The notes under the pieces are model-generated. The model ran no database searches, was not told the origin of the DNA, and worked only from the letters and a program-made list of their open reading frames with translations. Below are positions 28,801-32,000 of a stretch of 32,000 bases of DNA, one piece after another. The position numbers were made by a program, and so were the translations under genes. The DNA comes from Mycoplasmoides genitalium G37. Its GTDB lineage: Bacteria; Bacillota_I; Bacilli_A; Mycoplasmatales; Mycoplasmoidaceae. Location of the stretch: positions 150,001-182,000 of the forward strand of contig NC_000908.2 in assembly GCF_000027325.1 (NCBI RefSeq), written 5' to 3'. Within the stretch, counting starts at the first letter, position 1. The number at the start of each line of letters is the position of its first letter.

Positions 28801-29146
28801 AGCAAAGTATGAACTGGCAGTTGAAAATGATTTCTTCAACCAACTGCAGGCAATTTTTGGTGGAGAGTTTGAGATTAAACGTAACGTTAATGAAGGGGCT
28901 TACTTTTTCTCATTTGTCTTTTACTTTAATAATATCCCTTATCTTGCCATTGACTTTAACATCCCCATTCCCACTTCAAGAAAACAAGTTATGGAAGGGA
29001 TTTTATACCGTGAACAGTTTCTCAAAAAACGTCAATGGAACCTAATTAACATCTGGATTGATGAGTGAAAATTAAACCCAATTGGGGTGATTTCTAAAAT
29101 CAGATCAAGTTTAGCAGTGCATCAAAACCAGCATGAAGAAATATAA
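25805..29146 (+). CDS. Large superfamily I (Upf1/DNA2-like) helicase, 1113 aa
   Basis: One table-4 frame joins ORFs 25967.., 26330.., 27236.., 27584.. and 28490.. (all frame 2), from ATG 25805 ([36 protein letters not shown]...) to TAA 29144-29146. Walker [15 protein letters not shown], motif [12 protein letters not shown], motif IV-VI region [15 protein letters not shown]...[20 protein letters not shown]. Confidence 0.93.
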
Positions 29147-29150
29147 TTAG

Positions 29151-30746
29151 ATGAAGATAACTTTCATTTCTGGACAAGAAGTGTCGTTAGGCACTTCTTT
29201 TTTATTGTTTTCAAAAAAAATAGTTATGAATGAATTAAACCAACCCTTACTTGCTATTATTAAAAATGTTGCTAAAACCAAAAACCTTTCTATAGAAGAG
29301 GTGGTTTTTTGTTTGAAAACAGCTTTAGAACAAGCCTATAAAAAACACCTTAACTTTGTTAATGTTGAAGTTAACATTAACTTTGATAAGGGGATTATTA
29401 ATGTTGAACAACTCTTTAATGTTGTTAGTGATGAAAATGAAGATTATGATGACTTTCTTGAAATCCCTTTACAAGCAGCTAACAAAATAAACAGTTCATT
29501 GCAATTAGGTGATGTGTTGCGAAAACCAATCCCCTTAAAAAACATTAGTAGTGATCTTATCAATAAGATGATTGCTATCTTTAACCAAAAGATTAGTGAA
29601 ACAAACTTTAAAGCAGTAATGAGTGAGTTTAGTAGTGAGGTTGGGGAAGTGATTGAAGCGAAAGTTGAAGATATTGATACTAACAAAGAAGGTGGTTTAA
29701 AGGGTTATATTATTAACCTTGAAACTACAAAGGGTTATATCTCCAAGCGGGAATTGTCAAAAGGGGAGCGCTTAGAGATAGGTAAAAAATACCTCTTTGT
29801 TATCAAAGAAATCCAACGGCAAGCATCGTTATGACCAATTACTTTATCAAGAAGTGATACCCGCTTACTACAGTTTTTGTTAACTTCAAATACTCCAGAA
29901 ATTGAAAATGGTACGATTGTAATCAAAAAGATTGAACGTTCCCCAGGAGTGAAATCAAAGATAGCAGTTATCTCCAATGATCCTGCAGTTGACCCAGTTG
30001 CTGCTATCTTAGGACCTAAGGGTGAGAAGATTAGGGGGATTAGTGAGGAATTTAATGGTGAGATTATTGACATTGTCTTTTGGAATGAAGACAAGTTAAA
30101 GTTCTTAATTAATGCCATTTTACCTGCAGAAGTCATTGGTTATAACATCTTGCAGGATGATGAGCGTGATACTAGTATTGAAGTTGTTGTACCTGCAAAC
30201 CAAATTGCTAATGTTTTTGGTTTTAAAGGTGTAAACATTAGGTTAATTAGTAATTTAACAGGTTGAAATAGTGTTGATGTTTACAGTGAAAAAGATGCAA
30301 GTGAAGCCAACATTAAATTCACGAGGTTAAGCTTTGAACCTGAAGGGTTGTTTGGCATCAAAAAAAGAAGGGAAAAGATCATTAGTAATGATGCTACTGA
30401 TAAAGTCTTTTACACCTCTAAAGACAATGTGATAGATGATGAGATTATTGTTGATTTAGCTAAAGATCTAATGGTTGATAATAAACAAAAACAACCTGAG
30501 CAAGTTGCAAAGCAAGTTGTTGAAAAATCACAATTAGAAAAACAAGTTACTCCAAAAGAAAAAGAGAAAGTTCAACCAAAAGCTAAGGTTCATTCTAATA
30601 GCCATTCCAAAAAACCAGCTAAACCTAATCAGATTTTTTCTATCACTGTTGATGCTAGTGATAAGAATCTTAAAAAAGATCAAGTTGATAATAACCAAAC
30701 AAACCCCCAAACAAAACAAACATTTGATAGCTTTGATGATCTTTAA
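29151..30746 (+). CDS. nusA: Transcription termination/antitermination factor NusA
   Basis: Table-4 frame joining ORFs 29151.., 29877.. and 30348.. to TAA 30744-30746. S1/KH content such as EVGEVIEAKVEDI...GGLKGYIINLE, ERSPGVKSKIAVISNDPAVDPVAAILGPKGEKIRGISEEFNGEIIDIVFWNED. An ATG at 29226 (MNELNQPLLAIIKNVAKTKNLSIEEVVFCLKTALEQAYKK) is an alternative and perhaps better start. Confidence 0.94.
29176..29205 (+). terminator. Terminator-like hairpin within or upstream of nusA
   Basis: AAGAAGTGTC-GTTA-GGCACTTCTT followed by TTTT: 10-bp stem (one G-U), 4-nt loop. Confidence 0.6.
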
Positions 30747-31018
30747 TGCAACTAATAACAAGACTTTGTTTATTAACAAGAAAACATTTTGTTAAAAGAG
30801 AACTTTTACGTCTTGTAAAATTAGACAACCAACTTGAAATTGATCTTAATCAAAATCTCAAGGGCAGGGGTTATTATTTGAGTGTTTTTGGTTTAAAGCT
30901 AGATAAAAAACACCTCAAAGCTGTAGTTGAAAAACACCTTAAGGTTAGTTGTAATGATGCAAAGCTTACTGCAATGATTACCGCCTTACAACAATTAGCA
31001 CAAGATGAAAAAAAATAG
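30746..31018 (+). CDS. YlxR (DUF448)-family RNA-binding protein
   Basis: 90 aa between nusA and infB, starting in a TAATG overlap: [49 protein letters not shown]... (GRGxY motif). Confidence 0.85.
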   Translation: MQLITRLCLLTRKHFVKRELLRLVKLDNQLEIDLNQNLKGRGYYLSVFGLKLDKKHLKAVVEKHLKVSCNDAKLTAMITALQQLAQDEKK

Positions 31019-32000
31019 AGCTTTCAATCAGGTTAAAAAAACAAAGTTTGACGGTAGGATTAAAACCAGTGCCAAACACCAGTTACGTAATGTTAAAACC
31101 GGGGTTAAAGATGGTGTTTTTATCTATAAAGGTCCTTTAACTGTTAGTGAGTTTGCAAGTAAAACTAATATCGCTGTTGCTAACATTATCAAACACTTTT
31201 TTTTAAATGGTTTGGCACTAACAGTTAATTCAGTTTTAACAAATGAACAGTTAGCAGATGCATGTGTTAACTTTGGGTTTGACTTTAAGATGGAAACTGA
31301 AGTTACCCATGAAAATATTGTAGCTAACATCCAGTTTGAAGATAGTGATGATTTATTGCAACCAAGACCACCTATTGTTACTATCATGGGTCATGTTGAC
31401 CATGGTAAAACTTCGCTTTTAGACACAATTAGAAAAACTAATGTAACTGCTAAGGAGTTTGGCGGAATTACCCAAAAAATTGGTGCTTATCAGGTGAAAA
31501 ATCACCAAAATAAAACGATTACTTTTATTGATACTCCTGGGCATGAAGCATTTACTTTAATGCGTGCAAGGGGTGCAAAAGTAACTGATATTGTGGTGTT
31601 GGTTGTGGCAGCGGATGATGGGATTAAAAAGCAAACAGAGGAAGCAATTAGCCATGCTAAGAGTGCTAACACTCCTATCATTGTTTTTATTAACAAGATG
31701 GATAAACCAACTGCTAACCCTGATCTGGTGATCCAACAACTCAATAAGTTTGATTTAGTTCCTGAGGCTTGGGGTGGGAAAACTATCTTTGTAATGGGTA
31801 GTGCTTTAACTGGTCAAGGGATTAATGAGTTGCTTGATAATATCTTGTTGCTAGGGGAAGTGGAGGGTTATCAAGCTAACTATAATGCCCATTCATCTGG
31901 TTATGCAATTGAAGTACAAACTTCAAAGGGACTTGGCCCTATTGCCAATGTCATTGTAAAAAGGGGTACTTTAAAGTTAGGTGACATTGTGGTGTTAGGG
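31005..32000 (+). CDS. infB: Translation initiation factor IF-2, N-terminal part (3' truncated by window)
   Basis: ATG at 31005 ([33 protein letters not shown]...), open to the window end. [19 protein letters not shown] (G1), [17 protein letters not shown] (G3), FINKMDKP (G4). Not in the ORF track. Confidence 0.96.
   Translation, partial: MKKNRAFNQVKKTKFDGRIKTSAKHQLRNVKTGVKDGVFIYKGPLTVSEFASKTNIAVANIIKHFFLNGLALTVNSVLTNEQLADACVNFGFDFKMETEVTHENIVANIQFEDSDDLLQPRPPIVTIMGHVDHGKTSLLDTIRKTNVTAKEFGGITQKIGAYQVKNHQNKTITFIDTPGHEAFTLMRARGAKVTDIVVLVVAADDGIKKQTEEAISHAKSANTPIIVFINKMDKPTANPDLVIQQLNKFDLVPEAWGGKTIFVMGSALTGQGINELLDNILLLGEVEGYQANYNAHSSGYAIEVQTSKGLGPIANVIVKRGTLKLGDIVVLG

Noticed and set aside
25967-29068. 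Five separate short ORFs suggesting a decayed helicase pseudogene
   Set aside because: All are in the same frame and are separated only by TGA codons, which are Trp in this genetic code. The gene is intact.
29444-31744. Minus-strand ORFs antisense to nusA, ylxR and infB (29444.., 29735.., 30534.., 31124.., 31502.., 31557..)
   Set aside because: Opposite strongly supported genes with conserved motifs.

Overview
The window reads as a segment of a Mycoplasma genitalium-type genome. Many reading frames only make sense with TGA=Trp (translation table 4), so I merged the supplied standard-code ORFs across in-frame TGA codons. Gene order: topA (3' part), TM/coiled-coil protein, trxA, Cof-type phosphatase, trpS(-), Spx/ArsC-like protein, NAD kinase, PTS EIIB-like protein, RNase Y, small membrane ORFs, HIT protein(-), membrane protein(-), YbaB/EbfC, membrane protein(-), lysS, glf, lepA, RNase J. 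These are followed by an MgPa-type repeat (MgPar, adhesin genes mgpB/mgpC archive), the 16S-23S-5S rRNA operon, a second mosaic MgPar element, a very large SF1 helicase, nusA, ylxR-like and infB (5' part). I found no CRISPR, transposon, tRNA or obvious new multi-gene defence system. The points most worth a second look are: (1) two identical boxA-like elements in the rRNA operon that can each pair with the same spacer segment, giving either a pre-16S processing stem or a local hairpin; (2) a terminator-like hairpin inside the first codons of the annotated-style nusA frame; (3) a TM-anchored protein resembling an RNase Y paralogue that has lost its HD motif; (4) a PTS EIIB-like protein without its phospho-cysteine; (5) a defence-like helicase with a possible C-terminal nuclease remnant in a minimal genome; (6) mosaic MgPar cassettes that directly flank the rRNA operon. 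All alignments were made by eye and no database search was run.
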